52,169 nt of DNA from Candidatus Aenigmatarchaeota archaeon (lineage in GTDB: Archaea; Aenigmatarchaeota; Aenigmatarchaeia; QMZS01). This document shows, one piece after another, positions 52,049 through 52,169 of the stretch. The number at the start of each line of letters is the position of its first letter. Position 1 is the stretch's first letter. The position numbers and the translations under genes are program-made. Location of the stretch: assembly GCA_003663355.1 (NCBI GenBank), contig QMZV01000002.1, positions 1 to 52,169 on the forward strand, in the 5' to 3' direction. The notes beneath the pieces are model-generated. The model did no database searches. It was not told the DNA's origin and worked only from the letters and a program-made list of their open reading frames with translations.

Positions 52049-52169
52049 GTTCACGTGAAGTTCACGCCAAGTTCACGTTGTTCACGTGAACTTCTTATTT
52101 TGGCGTTTATCCTTAAAATTTTGGACTTTACGTTCACGTGAAGTTCACGTTATGTTCACGCAAGTTCAC
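52049..52169 (+). repeat. Iteron-like array: 8 copies of GTTCACG in two phased clusters, truncated by the window end
   Basis: Copies start at 52049, 52060, 52071, 52080 and at 52132, 52143, 52154, 52164. GTTCACGTGAAC at 52080-52091 is a perfect palindrome. Confidence 0.9.

Noticed and set aside
52049-52169. Possibility that the GTTCACG array is a CRISPR array
   Set aside because: The repeat unit is 7-12 bp with 9-11 bp periodicity, so there is no room for spacers. CRISPR repeats are 24-40 bp, separated by spacers of similar size. No cas genes other than a solo Cas4-like gene 30 kb away.
1-52169. Search for rRNA, transposase or integrase genes and prophage structural genes
   Set aside because: No ORF showed DDE, tyrosine- or serine-recombinase, capsid or terminase-like motifs by eye. 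No long GC-enriched non-coding stretch suggests rRNA. Absence cannot be proven without profile searches.

Overview
Strongly AT-rich, gene-dense archaeal chromosome segment. It carries archaeal MCM, Orc1/Cdc6, GINS, XPD, TFB, TBP, RtcB and a tRNA intron that fits only a relaxed bulge-helix-bulge (BHB) model. Small genes and frequent ATGA start/stop overlaps suggest a reduced, DPANN-like archaeon, but that taxonomy is inference only.

Layout:
- 0-15.9 kb: envelope and sugar-nucleotide genes (GT2, GlcNAc-kinase-like ATPase, phosphohexomutase, GlmU-like enzyme, PGI/PMI, GH130), a Tes-like radical SAM enzyme, uL6, dephospho-CoA kinase and a surface S16 protease.
- 15.9-18 kb: a decayed PIN toxin locus next to a DUF4143-type ATPase gene bracketed by 64-bp direct repeats.
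- 18-29.5 kb: endonuclease IV-like protein, a secreted HExxH protein coupled to a stand-alone Cas4-like nuclease, cmk, an aEF-2 gene fragment, mcm, and a PadR/radical-SAM operon.
- 29.5-34.9 kb: accessory island with an MM3350-like two-gene module, AbiEi/AbiEii, small ORFs, a second DUF4143 ATPase and interspersed repeats.
- 34.9-47 kb: xpd, tfb, intein-containing rtcB followed directly by a tRNA-Pro-like gene with a 100-nt intron, trpS, a flippase, hsp20, tbp.
- 47-52.2 kb: orc1/cdc6 and a GINS gene with one in-frame TAA, then a TFB-like cyclin-only paralog and an AAA+/wHTH gene preceded by a phased GTTCACG iteron array cut by the window end.

A 19-bp near-palindrome (ATTATTACASTGTTATAAT) recurs 8 times in intergenic DNA and is concentrated around the replication genes.

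No CRISPR array, rRNA, transposase or integrase was recognised. All functional calls come from motif recognition by eye; no database search was run.
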